From: Candidatus Saccharimonadia bacterium
GTDB taxonomy: Bacteria; Patescibacteriota; Saccharimonadia; CAILAD01; CAZGYV01
Direction: 5' to 3'
Length of the DNA: 64,000 nt
Assembly (NCBI GenBank): GCA_041906885.1
Contig: JAYRII010000012.1
Span: forward strand, 94,955-158,954
Shown: in pieces, positions 27,702 through 36,763 of the stretch
Position numbering within the stretch: the stretch's first letter is position 1
Layout: the number at the start of each line of letters is the position of its first letter
Notes under the pieces: generated by a model
What the model saw: only the letters and a program-made list of their open reading frames with translations
What the model was told of the DNA's origin: nothing
Database searches by the model: none
Made by a program: the position numbers and the translations under genes

Positions 27702-28393
27702 GCTGGTTTTTCCATTTCAATAAACTTGTGCTTACCTATAGCTAAGGTGCCGATTTTATAGTTATCAATCCTGACTCGTTCAAGTTTAGTGATAGTGTGG
27801 TCAATTGCTTCAAAACTTCGCCTAATTTGTCGATTGCGGCCGGTAGTTAAGACAAGCCTGAGGGTATTTGAATTAATTTTTTTAACAAGTTTAAAATAAC
27901 TCATGCCATCATCTAGCTTGATTCCGCTCCTTAGCCTACTGATGTCATGTTGGCTTAATGGCGTGACGGTGGAGACAATATATTCTTTTTCTTTCGCACT
28001 AGACGGGTGGCTCATTTGCTGTACAAAATAGCCGTTAGAACTAAGAATCATCAGTCCCTGGCTATCTTTGTCTAGTCTACCAGCGCACTTAAGTCGTGAA
28101 AATTTTTTTGGTAGCAATTGGTAAATTGTCTCTTGGGATCCTTGGGCTTTGTGAGTACAAACGTAACCTTTTGGTTTATTAAAGACGATTGCTATATCAT
28201 TTTCCAGGCGACCGAGCTTGCCTTGGGCTTTAATGCTATCACTCTGAGACACTTTGGTCGTCAGTGCCGTGACTATTTGGCCGTTAATACTAACTTGCCC
28301 TTGCTTGATGAGTTCATCGGCCGATCTTCTGGAATTTGCCAGACTCAACTCAACCAGTCGCTTATTAAGCCTAATTAGGTTTGGCTGACTCAT
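27698..28393 (-). CDS. rluB: RsuA/RluB-family pseudouridine synthase with S4 domain
   Basis: GRLD catalytic motif region, N-terminal S4-like segment. Confidence 0.75.
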   Translation of the reverse strand: MSQPNLIRLNKRLVELSLANSRRSADELIKQGQVSINGQIVTALTTKVSQSDSIKAQGKLGRLENDIAIVFNKPKGYVCTHKAQGSQETIYQLLPKKFSRLKCAGRLDKDSQGLMILSSNGYFVQQMSHPSSAKEKEYIVSTVTPLSQHDISRLRSGIKLDDGMSYFKLVKKINSNTLRLVLTTGRNRQIRRSFEAIDHTITKLERVRIDNYKIGTLAIGKHKFIEMEKPA

Positions 28394-28875
28394 TGCAACT
28401 TCGGCAGCTGTTTAATTGATGCTAGACCGAGAGCAGTCAGTAACTTTCCAGTTGTCTTATAGACTATCTGTGTTTTACTGGCATTTTGAATTTCAATGAT
28501 TAGTTTGCGAGCTAATAGACCCTTGATGCTTTGATCACTCGAAACACCCCTAATTTGCTCTATTTGTGATTTAGAGACTGGCTGATTGTATGCAACAATG
28601 GCCAACACCTCAAGGGCGGCTTGAGACAATGTTGGTGCGGTTTTATGCTGAAATAATTGGACATCTTGAGCAAATCTACTAGATACTGCGAGCTGGTAGG
28701 ATGTAGTGTGCTCGATTAGCTCCAAACCGCTATCAGTTAAATATTTTTTTAATTTTTTCAGACAATCTCTGATATCAGATTCTCTCATTTTAGTATTTTT
28801 TTGCAAATCGCTAATATCCACAAAACCAGGCTGACTAAAGAGGATGGCTTGTAGTTTGGCTACGTCGTCAGGCAT
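28390..28875 (-). CDS. scpB: segregation and condensation protein B
   Basis: size and position immediately downstream of scpA-like gene; winged-helix pattern. Confidence 0.65.
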   Translation of the reverse strand: MPDDVAKLQAILFSQPGFVDISDLQKNTKMRESDIRDCLKKLKKYLTDSGLELIEHTTSYQLAVSSRFAQDVQLFQHKTAPTLSQAALEVLAIVAYNQPVSKSQIEQIRGVSSDQSIKGLLARKLIIEIQNASKTQIVYKTTGKLLTALGLASIKQLPKLQ

Positions 28876-29573
28876 TTGTTGGCTCTTAAAATAAACTGCT
28901 CGTACTTACCAGTACTTTGCTTGATGATCAAAATACGGCCAGACTTGTGTAGCTCCAAGATGGCTAAAAAATACAGTACAGCCTCATGGGTGTTTTGGGT
29001 GTTATTTATAACCTCGGTCATATCGCAAGTACCTGACTGCAGTAGCTTTAATTCAAGCTTTTTAATGACCTGGTCAATTCTAATCTTTTGCTCAATCATC
29101 TCCCACTGAACATGTGGTTGACGGTTGCGGACATCACTTAGGCACTTTTGGTAGGCTGAGCTTATTAAATCTACTGTTAAGTTGGTTGGTGTTAGGTCTT
29201 GATTGGTAGAGTTCTTTAGACGTGGCCTTGGAATAGCTGGATTTTTGGATAATATTGCAAATTCTCGAGCCATGTTGCGGAATATGCGATAGGTTTTAAG
29301 CTGCTCAGTAAGATCTAGGGCTTCATCTTCTTCGTCTAGCGTGTCCTTGTCTGACAAAAGAACTTGTGATTTGATCCTGACTAGCTTACTTGCAATCTCA
29401 ACAAACCAATTTAACTCTTCTGGCTCGAGGTCTAGCTGGCTCATCTGGGCTAAGTAATCGTTGGTTACTTTACTGATCGCAATATCGGTAATATCTAGTT
29501 GTTCGCGCTCTATAAAACGCAAAAGCAGCTCCAATGGTCCTTCAAAATTTGCTAATAATACTGTGTAGCTCAT
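28860..29573 (-). CDS. scpA: segregation and condensation protein A (kleisin)
   Basis: length ~237 aa, overlaps scpB start; kleisin-like N-terminus. Confidence 0.65.
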   Translation of the reverse strand: MSYTVLLANFEGPLELLLRFIEREQLDITDIAISKVTNDYLAQMSQLDLEPEELNWFVEIASKLVRIKSQVLLSDKDTLDEEDEALDLTEQLKTYRIFRNMAREFAILSKNPAIPRPRLKNSTNQDLTPTNLTVDLISSAYQKCLSDVRNRQPHVQWEMIEQKIRIDQVIKKLELKLLQSGTCDMTEVINNTQNTHEAVLYFLAILELHKSGRILIIKQSTGKYEQFILRANKCLTT

Positions 29574-29591
29574 ATTGCCCTCCAGGAGAAA

Positions 29592-31001
29592 CTATTTTTT
29601 TGGTGATTGCTTTGCCACATTGATGCCCAGCTCATGTAATTGCTCTGGGTTGGCGGCTGATGGCGCATCTAGCATTAAGTCGCGCATATCGCCGGTTTTC
29701 GGAAAAGCCACCACATCTCTAATTGACGGCGTTTTCATCAGTAGCATAATAATTCGATCAAGGCCGGGCGCTAAGCCACCGTGTGGCGGAGCACCATATT
29801 CGAAGGCCTTTAAGAACTGCCCAAATCTATCGGTAATTTGATCGTCAGTCATACCCATCAATTTAAATATTTTGCGTTGCAATTTTGGATCGTGTATGCG
29901 CAAGCCCCCGCTTGATAGTTCAAAACCATTTAAGACCAAGTCATAGCTGTAAGCTCTAATTTTCAGTAAATCTTCTGGATTTTTACTGTCCAGTAATTTT
30001 AGGTCTTCGTCTCGCGGTCTGGCAAATGGATTGTGGGCAAAAGTAATGTCTCCCTCACTGTTTCGTTCGAAGACCGGAAAGTCAACGATCCAAACAAAGG
30101 CCAGCTCGTTGTCGTCTTGCTGATTTTTTCTCAGGTCTGGCTTATCGGTTTGGTATTTTTGAATGGCTTCGTCATAAGTCAAGCGAGGAAATTCATCTGG
30201 CAATTTCTTGTCTGGCAGCAGCTCTTTAATGACGCTTTTAAACATTGCTTCGGTCAGCTCGAGGATTTCGTCTTGAGTAACAAAGCTCATCTCGATATCA
30301 AGTTGTGTGAACTCGGGCTGGCGATCAAGCCGCAGGTCTTCGTCGCGAAAACAACGGGCGATTTGATAATATCTTTCAAACCCGGCAATCATGAGAAGCT
30401 GTTTAAACTGTTGAGGAGCTTGGGGTAAGGCATAAAATTTACCAGAATTTAATCGTGAAGGCACTAAGAAGTCTCGTGACCCCTCAGGGCTGCTTTTTGT
30501 CAAGATTGGCGTTTCGATCTCGATAAAACCAACTTTATCTAGGTAGTTTCTAATTGATTTTACAAATTTATGCCGAAAATGCATAATCTCTTGCATGCGG
30601 CGGGAGCGCAAATCCAAATAGCGATACTGCATTCTAGTTTCTTCGCCGACTGTATGATGCTCATCCTCTACCTCAAAGGGCGGAGTTTGGGCTGAATTGA
30701 CGATGATAATCTCATCAGCCACCAACTCAATTTTACCAGTCGACATGTTGGGATTGGCTAGTTTCTGAGGGCGTTGTTGGACATGACCATTGATTTCGAC
30801 AACGAATTCAGGTCTTATTGTGGCAATAGCTTCGGTTTGTTTACTTTGTTCGTTTTTAAATACTACCTGAACTCTATCGGTGTGATCACGTACTTCAAGA
30901 AACAACAGCTTGCCATGGTCACGCCTGACACTGACCCAACCGTTGATTTTAACTCTGTCCCCTGTTTGATTAACTAAGTCTCTAATATAAGAACGTTTCA
31001 T
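29592..31001 (-). CDS. aspS: aspartyl-tRNA synthetase, bacterial-type catalytic core but lacking GAD insertion (469 aa)
   Basis: motif FRDEDLRLDRQPEFTQLD matches bacterial AspRS motif 2 region; N-terminal OB anticodon-binding fold. Confidence 0.85.
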   Translation of the reverse strand: MKRSYIRDLVNQTGDRVKINGWVSVRRDHGKLLFLEVRDHTDRVQVVFKNEQSKQTEAIATIRPEFVVEINGHVQQRPQKLANPNMSTGKIELVADEIIIVNSAQTPPFEVEDEHHTVGEETRMQYRYLDLRSRRMQEIMHFRHKFVKSIRNYLDKVGFIEIETPILTKSSPEGSRDFLVPSRLNSGKFYALPQAPQQFKQLLMIAGFERYYQIARCFRDEDLRLDRQPEFTQLDIEMSFVTQDEILELTEAMFKSVIKELLPDKKLPDEFPRLTYDEAIQKYQTDKPDLRKNQQDDNELAFVWIVDFPVFERNSEGDITFAHNPFARPRDEDLKLLDSKNPEDLLKIRAYSYDLVLNGFELSSGGLRIHDPKLQRKIFKLMGMTDDQITDRFGQFLKAFEYGAPPHGGLAPGLDRIIMLLMKTPSIRDVVAFPKTGDMRDLMLDAPSAANPEQLHELGINVAKQSPKK

Positions 31002-31085
31002 TGGGTGTAATTATACCAGAGAAACTCATAAAATCAGAGTGTCGCTTGTAAGTTTATGTAAAAATATCTTACTAGTTGGTCGGAT

Positions 31086-31526
31086 TTAGTTTGATGCTGG
31101 AGGTGTGTCGTCACTCACTACGGGCGGCTTATCGCTAGTTTGAGCGGTTGAGTTGGCTGCACCAGACAGTACACGTTTGACCGTGACTACAACATCTTCA
31201 AGAGTTACTTGTGATTTGACTAAGTATTGATCTACGCCGAGTTTTTCGCCTCTTTGGCGATCCTCTGGCGACGATAATGCCGTCATCATAATGACTTTGG
31301 TCTTGGCGGTTTCTGGCGTCGAACGAATAATATCAAGCACATCAAAGCCTGAAATGCGAGGCATCATGACATCTAGTACGATTAGGTCGGGCTTCTCCTT
31401 GACTGCGGCGGCCAGTGCTTCCTCGCCATTGCCTGCTACTACCAAATTAAAACCTTCTGCTTGGAATCTCGCAAAATAGACATCACGCAGGTTGACGTCG
31501 TCTTCAACTAATAAAATTTTTGCCAT
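31086..31526 (-). CDS. single-domain response regulator receiver with P/S/T-rich C-terminal tail
   Basis: LLVEDD...LIVLDVMMP...K receiver pattern. Confidence 0.8.
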   Translation of the reverse strand: MAKILLVEDDVNLRDVYFARFQAEGFNLVVAGNGEEALAAAVKEKPDLIVLDVMMPRISGFDVLDIIRSTPETAKTKVIMMTALSSPEDRQRGEKLGVDQYLVKSQVTLEDVVVTVKRVLSGAANSTAQTSDKPPVVSDDTPPASN

Positions 31527-31580
31527 TACACCTTCCTTGTTTTATGAATATTGTAATCTCAAATAGCCCAATGATGCAAG

Positions 31581-33302
31581 TTATTTGACTAGCGGCAGCG
31601 AAAAATTAAATTTGCTACCCTTGCCAACTTGGCTTTCGACCCAAATGCGCCCGCCATAGGTTTCGATTAAACTGCGAGCGATATAGAGGCCAAGCCCGGT
31701 ACCGCCGATCTCTCGAGTCATTGAGCTATTGACACGATAGAATTTTTGAAATAAATGTTTTTGGTCTTCAGCTGAAATTCCAGCACCGGTGTCAGCCACT
31801 GAGACAGTGACACTTTGCCGATTACCACTTAGATAGACATCAACCCCTCCTGTGGCGGTGTATTTGATCGCGTTATCAATCAAATTTGAAACCACCTCTC
31901 GAAGTCTTTCAGGGTCAGCACTGACCTTATATGTAGGGGCAAGTACTAATTGATTTTTCATGCTAGTCTCTCCGATATGGGTATGCAAGACTAAATTCTT
32001 GCGTTTAGCAATAATTTCCATTTCTGAGGCAATTTGAGTGATCAACTCGCTTAGATTAAAGACTTGTCGATTGTCTACTAATCGCTTATCTTCTATCTTG
32101 GTAACACTCAAGAGGTCTTGGAATAATTTGCCCAGATGCAAGGCAGAGTTATGTGCTTTTGAGATAAAGTTTCTTGCTCTCTCGTCGACTGTTGCTAAAT
32201 TAGGATTGATGGCCATTGATAGATAGCCCTCAATGGCTGCTACAGGAGTACGCATCTCGTGACTAGCAGTTGATACAAATTCATTACGCTCACGCTGAAC
32301 GGCTTTCTGCTCGGAGATATCATGAAATACAGCGACCGCACCTTCGATTTGTTGACGTATGTTATAGGTCGGTGCAATTGAGATTGAGAACGAGATTTTT
32401 TGATTGTTTTTATCGAGCATATAAAAATCATCTCTACTTGTGTGCTTGTTTTCTTTTAATACCATCATAAATGGATCGGTCAGATTATTGATTTCTTGGT
32501 CTTTAGCATCTTTTAGCTTAAAAATAGTATTGTATTGTATACCAAGAGCACTATTGATGTCCCAACCGGTCAGTCTCTCAGCTGCTTGATTAAATAATAC
32601 AATTTTAAGATTTTTATCAACACCAACTACAGCATCATCGATGGCACTCATCATGAGTTGTTCTTTAACTTCAGCTGTATCCAATTGGCTGATAAGCTTT
32701 TCGGCAATGCTAATATCTTTGCGGTAGTTATCAATTAGAATACTAATGACAAAACTGAGCGCGGTCGCAGTGACAGTTAAAATCCAGACTGTAATACTAC
32801 CGAGATGGTTGGTATGAGTGGTGAATGTGAGACCAGCTGCAATCAGGTAGTAAAGCAAAGTCAGTGTAGTAGCGAGAAAGCAAACGCGCCGTGATAGTAG
32901 GCCGGCAATAATTACGACCGTAAACCAGCGCACGAAATATTGGCTAGCCAATCCCCCATCGGCGAACGTTAAAATCATTAGAACTAAAGAGATAGTGAGC
33001 GCAACTGAAAAAACCGCCATTGGCCGGTCGCGAGATTTTAATTTAGGCCAAATTATTAAGTTGTAGATCAGTCCAATAACCGACAGTCCTATTGCAGAGA
33101 ATTTAATTATCAACGAATAACTGTTTAATTGACCTGTTTGAGGTAAAAATAGTACAGTTGCTATGACTGCAAGCTGGAGTACGGAAGAAATGTACATTAA
33201 CCAGTTGTTAAAACGTCGGTCAATACGAGAAACTCGCCACAGGTCACTTTCGGTATTGGGTGGATTTTTTATTTCTGCCGACTGATTGGTAGTTGGTACC
33301 AT
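31581..33302 (-). CDS. sensor histidine kinase (multi-TM N-terminus, PAS, HisKA, HATPase_c)
   Basis: H-box SHEMRTPV, N-box, G-boxes DTGAGIS and GGTGLGL. Confidence 0.85.
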   Translation of the reverse strand: MVPTTNQSAEIKNPPNTESDLWRVSRIDRRFNNWLMYISSVLQLAVIATVLFLPQTGQLNSYSLIIKFSAIGLSVIGLIYNLIIWPKLKSRDRPMAVFSVALTISLVLMILTFADGGLASQYFVRWFTVVIIAGLLSRRVCFLATTLTLLYYLIAAGLTFTTHTNHLGSITVWILTVTATALSFVISILIDNYRKDISIAEKLISQLDTAEVKEQLMMSAIDDAVVGVDKNLKIVLFNQAAERLTGWDINSALGIQYNTIFKLKDAKDQEINNLTDPFMMVLKENKHTSRDDFYMLDKNNQKISFSISIAPTYNIRQQIEGAVAVFHDISEQKAVQRERNEFVSTASHEMRTPVAAIEGYLSMAINPNLATVDERARNFISKAHNSALHLGKLFQDLLSVTKIEDKRLVDNRQVFNLSELITQIASEMEIIAKRKNLVLHTHIGETSMKNQLVLAPTYKVSADPERLREVVSNLIDNAIKYTATGGVDVYLSGNRQSVTVSVADTGAGISAEDQKHLFQKFYRVNSSMTREIGGTGLGLYIARSLIETYGGRIWVESQVGKGSKFNFSLPLVK

Positions 33303-33501
33303 ATATTTAATATTGTAGCATAAACAATTACATCAAAAGCTTAATAATAACTTAAGTTAGTGCGTCAATATCTAGTAGTACTTATATCTGTGGCGGCTGG
33401 ACAAAATAGTTGAATTATAGCTCAACTGCTTTGTGGGCCGCCACCCGACCTTAAGGCCGGGTAGCGTGAACCAACTTTGTCTCGTCTAACGAAAAATTTG
33501 G

Positions 33502-33615
33502 TTATTGGTCGTTTTTACGCAGGGCCGCGATCATGGCAGCAAGACCGATACATACCCCCACAAAGGAGTATGCAATTGTGGCAACCACCAACTTGTCATA
33601 AATCCGCTTCTTCAT
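33502..33615 (-). CDS. candidate 37-aa hydrophobic peptide (MKKRIYDKLVVATIAYSFVGVCIGLAAMIAALRKNDQ)
   Basis: GGAG RBS 7 nt upstream of ATG; single TM; not in ORF track because <60 aa. Confidence 0.3.
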   Translation of the reverse strand: MKKRIYDKLVVATIAYSFVGVCIGLAAMIAALRKNDQ

Positions 33616-33671
33616 TATTATCTCCATTTTTATTTGGTCATGCAGTATCCCTTACAGATACAAATGTACTA

Positions 33672-33700
33672 AAAAACCATCTTACCAATCAGATGGCTTT
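33672..33700. terminator. bidirectional intrinsic terminator AAAAAA-CCATCT-taccaatc-AGATGG-CTTTT
   Basis: 6-bp stem flanked by A-run and T-run. Confidence 0.45.
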
Positions 33701-33746
33701 TAAGACCTACTATCTAACAAATGGTGCATATTGGCAATAATTTTCT

Positions 33747-33908
33747 TGGTGATCCCACGGGGAGTGTAGCTACGCTACGTGCATTCGCAGTGCTCGATCC
33801 GCCCGGTGGCGGATTCTGTGCTCTGCTCATTGGCACCCGCCCCATGGGTTCGAGATATCTCACGATATCAACCATGAAAAATGCCCACCTTGCGGTGAGC
33901 TTCTTTCA
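33747..33908 (-). repeat. ~140-nt element downstream of tRNA-Glu ending in a 19-nt direct repeat (TGGTGATCCCACGGGGAGT, plus-strand 33747..33765) of the tRNA 3' end
   Basis: exact 19-nt duplication of 33909..33927; internal hairpins; homologous to element after tRNA-Leu. Confidence 0.55.
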
Positions 33909-33983
33909 TGGTGATCCCACGGGGAGTCGAACCCCGGTTACCAGGATGAGAACCTGGCGTCCTAACCACTAGACGATGGGACC
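33909..33983 (-). tRNA. tRNA-Glu (anticodon CUC), 75 nt with encoded CCA
   Basis: cloverleaf folded by eye: acceptor GGUCCCA/UGGGAUC, D-stem GUCU/GGAC, anticodon stem CCAGG/CCUGG loop UUCUCAU, T-arm CGGGG-UUCGACU-CCCCG. Confidence 0.9.
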
Positions 33984-34081
33984 GGACTAATATTAGCTAT
34001 TTTTAACCACAAAATAATACCATAAAAAGTTATTTACTCCAAGAGGCCCATGTGCATTAGATGTGATAAAATATAATTCTT

Positions 34082-35314
34082 ATGGCAAATAAAAAACCAC
34101 AATTTAAAGCTATCGACATCAGTATTCGCAAACGAGCTATAAAGCCAGAAGTTCCACTGGGAAAAAAAAGTCTCAGCACACCCCAGACTACAAAAAGCAC
34201 TAAAATATCTGCCGCTACTGAGCAGCAAACAGCAAGCTCCCCGTCCAAACCCAAAAAAAGGCTTAGTAAAAAGACAAAAATAATCATAATAGTGACAGTT
34301 ATTCTATTAGTTTTGTCTGCCGCGGGGCTGATTTTTTATTATACTCGCCCCAAGCCGACCACTACTCGCGCTCAAACTAGCGTCAAGACATCAGAAGAAG
34401 CAGTTAAGCCGGCTACCGTGCCGAGTCCTTTGACTGGTGTTGGTGTTGGCGGGGCGGCTGCCAAGCAGCCGGTTGTGGCGGTTGTCGTCGAAAATTTCTA
34501 TCCAGACGCTCGTCCCCAGTCTGGTTTGGCCAGCGCCGGAGTAGTTTATGAGGCCTTAGCCGAAGGTGGAATTACGAGATATCTTGCTCTCTATCAGGAT
34601 CATTTAGCACCAGATATTGGTCCCGTGCGGTCGCTCAGGACCTACTTTGTTGACTGGGGGCTTGAATACAACGCTCCCGTTGCGCATGTCGGTGGTAATG
34701 CCGATGCACTAGATTTAATTAAACCACTCAATATGAAGAATCTTGATCAATTCTATAATGGTAGCTACTTTCGGCGAGTGACGTCACGCTATGCTCCACA
34801 TAATGTTTATATCATTGATGCGCAGATGAAAAAATTATTAAATGATCGAGGCTACGCTGGCGAGCCAACCTTTACTCCTTGGCCGAGGAAAGACGATAAA
34901 AAGTCAGATAGTTTAACGGCCTCGACTATCACTGTGAATTTTTCCGGTGCTGACTATCAGGCGAAATTCGAGTACGACCCGAGCAGTAACAGTTACGCGC
35001 GATTTGTGCGCAACACGCCTGATGTGGACGCCAATGACAAGGTGGCAGTTAAACCCAAAAACGTTATTGTAATGTATATGCCAACTCAATTTGGTGCGAC
35101 TAGAATTGGTGAGGCTACTGTTGTTATGCAAACCGTCGGTACTGGCAAGGCGGTTGTTTTTATGGACGGTGTGGCGACTGAAGCGACCTGGAAAAAAGCC
35201 AGTCATGAAGGTCGGACACAGTATTATGACACCAACGGTGCTGAAATCAAGCTAAATCGCGGCCAGACATGGGTATCGGTGATACCGGTTGGCAAAGAAG
35301 TCAGCTACAAGTAA
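34082..35314 (+). CDS. DUF3048-like lipoprotein/secreted protein
   Basis: signal anchor, T/P-rich linker, conserved VVVENFYPDARPQSGL...RSLRTYF pattern of DUF3048. Confidence 0.55.
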   Translation: MANKKPQFKAIDISIRKRAIKPEVPLGKKSLSTPQTTKSTKISAATEQQTASSPSKPKKRLSKKTKIIIIVTVILLVLSAAGLIFYYTRPKPTTTRAQTSVKTSEEAVKPATVPSPLTGVGVGGAAAKQPVVAVVVENFYPDARPQSGLASAGVVYEALAEGGITRYLALYQDHLAPDIGPVRSLRTYFVDWGLEYNAPVAHVGGNADALDLIKPLNMKNLDQFYNGSYFRRVTSRYAPHNVYIIDAQMKKLLNDRGYAGEPTFTPWPRKDDKKSDSLTASTITVNFSGADYQAKFEYDPSSNSYARFVRNTPDVDANDKVAVKPKNVIVMYMPTQFGATRIGEATVVMQTVGTGKAVVFMDGVATEATWKKASHEGRTQYYDTNGAEIKLNRGQTWVSVIPVGKEVSYK

Positions 35315-35317
35315 TCT

Positions 35318-35716
35318 TCAGTCGTTTTGAATATTGATACTAGTGCTGGTGGAATTTTGAGTGTTGGCAGATCCGTCGTCACTACTAGCTGATTGGCTCG
35401 ACTGATTAGTAACTGACACGTTATTAGTGCCGTCTTTGTGCTCAACAGTTGAGTCGGAGCTTGAGCTGACCGATCCACCTGGGCTTGTCTGGCGACTAGT
35501 TTCCTGCTTGATTTCGACCTTAGACTTCTCGGACTGATCACTCATTTCAATCTCCTGACTTACCTCTGGCAATTTGGTGGCATGATTTTTACTATTTTGC
35601 TTACTGGTTGAATTATGCGTTTGTACCGCCAGGCCAATACCACCAAGAATCAACGATGCCAAAATACCAAATCCGATCTTGGTAAATATTTTTTGGCTAT
35701 TTCTAAACTTAAACAT
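35318..35716 (-). CDS. hypothetical signal-anchored Ser-rich protein
   Basis: N-terminal TM then low-complexity S/N/Q-rich. Confidence 0.35.
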   Translation of the reverse strand: MFKFRNSQKIFTKIGFGILASLILGGIGLAVQTHNSTSKQNSKNHATKLPEVSQEIEMSDQSEKSKVEIKQETSRQTSPGGSVSSSSDSTVEHKDGTNNVSVTNQSSQSASSDDGSANTQNSTSTSINIQND

Positions 35717-35771
35717 TATCGTAATTCCCCTAATTCATTCTACAATACAAAGAGTAAAATTCTGTAAGATT

Positions 35772-36722
35772 TTACTCATTTTTTATGTTAATAATATTGG
35801 TTGTCTGATTGCTGGTTGACGAATTACCACTATTAGAGCCGTTACCACTAGTACTTTGTTGGTTGTTACTATTTATGATGCCGATATTGTTGTTATTCAC
35901 GATATTGATATTACAGTTGTCATTAAACGTGATTGAATTGGTCGAGCCAGGACCAGTGTCTGTAATCGTGCCACTGTGATTTGGCGTTGGGCAGGTGTTA
36001 TTGTTGCCACCTGAGCCTGAATTATTAACGGAGATGGTATTACCAATCAGACTAGCTTGAGAAAAAAGCCCTGCCCTGGCGTAACTAAAGCTTAACAATG
36101 AAAAAACCACAATCACCAAGGCTCGTTTAGCTATACCGTCAATATTGGGTCGGCCTGCCTTTGGTGTTTGATCAGCCGGTTTTGTCTTGTCTTTGATGGG
36201 AGGATTTTTGGGTAAATCATTGTGTGATTTGCTGGTTTTTCTAAGAGACTGTCGAAGAATTCTTATTTCATCGTAAATGATAAAAGCGGCCGGAATGAAA
36301 ATGAGTAATATTATAATTGGCCAGCCTTTGGAGTGGTTTAGGTAGCCGCCAATTTTGGGATAATGCCACTCTACCCTACCAACTACATTGCCACCGAATA
36401 TCTCAGCGTCATTCTGTTCGTTGGCGTCACCTTTCGTGATCAATGCCGGTAGACCTTGTTTGGTTTTTAGCTCGACGATGCGGTGAGTAATAGTCTGTTT
36501 GGTGTTTTGCGGATTGATATAGGTCACTACGTCGCCAGTTTTTAGCTGCTTATAGGGAACGCGATGGACTATTACCAGTGATTCCTGCGGGATGGCAGGA
36601 TTCATACTGCCAGTCAAAACCGACATGGCCCTAAAGCCAGTTTGCGGTAATAAAAAGACTGCCAGTATGATCCCGCTGATCACACAAATCGTGGCACAAA
36701 ATATTTTTAGAGCTTTGATCAT
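35772..36722 (-). CDS. sipW: SipW-like (archaeal/ER-type, S26B) signal peptidase I with unusual C-terminal extension
   Basis: LTGSMNPAI (SGSMxP box), ITHRIV (His box), ITKGDANEQND (TKGDNN box); second TM then Asn-rich tail. Confidence 0.7.
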   Translation of the reverse strand: MIKALKIFCATICVISGIILAVFLLPQTGFRAMSVLTGSMNPAIPQESLVIVHRVPYKQLKTGDVVTYINPQNTKQTITHRIVELKTKQGLPALITKGDANEQNDAEIFGGNVVGRVEWHYPKIGGYLNHSKGWPIIILLIFIPAAFIIYDEIRILRQSLRKTSKSHNDLPKNPPIKDKTKPADQTPKAGRPNIDGIAKRALVIVVFSLLSFSYARAGLFSQASLIGNTISVNNSGSGGNNNTCPTPNHSGTITDTGPGSTNSITFNDNCNINIVNNNNIGIINSNNQQSTSGNGSNSGNSSTSNQTTNIINIKNE

Positions 36723-36763
36723 GTTTTGATCTCCCGAAAAGGAATAATTTATTTGTGTTGTTT

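Noticed and set aside
33747-33908. tmRNA or second tRNA downstream of tRNA-Glu
   Set aside because: Only the 3'-terminal 19 nt are tRNA-like. There is no 5' acceptor strand, no D or anticodon arms, and no tag-peptide reading frame, so it is a duplicated 3' fragment and not an RNA gene of those classes.
33721-33972. 83-aa plus-strand ORF
   Set aside because: It lies entirely over the tRNA-Glu gene and its flanking repeat element and is a translation artefact.
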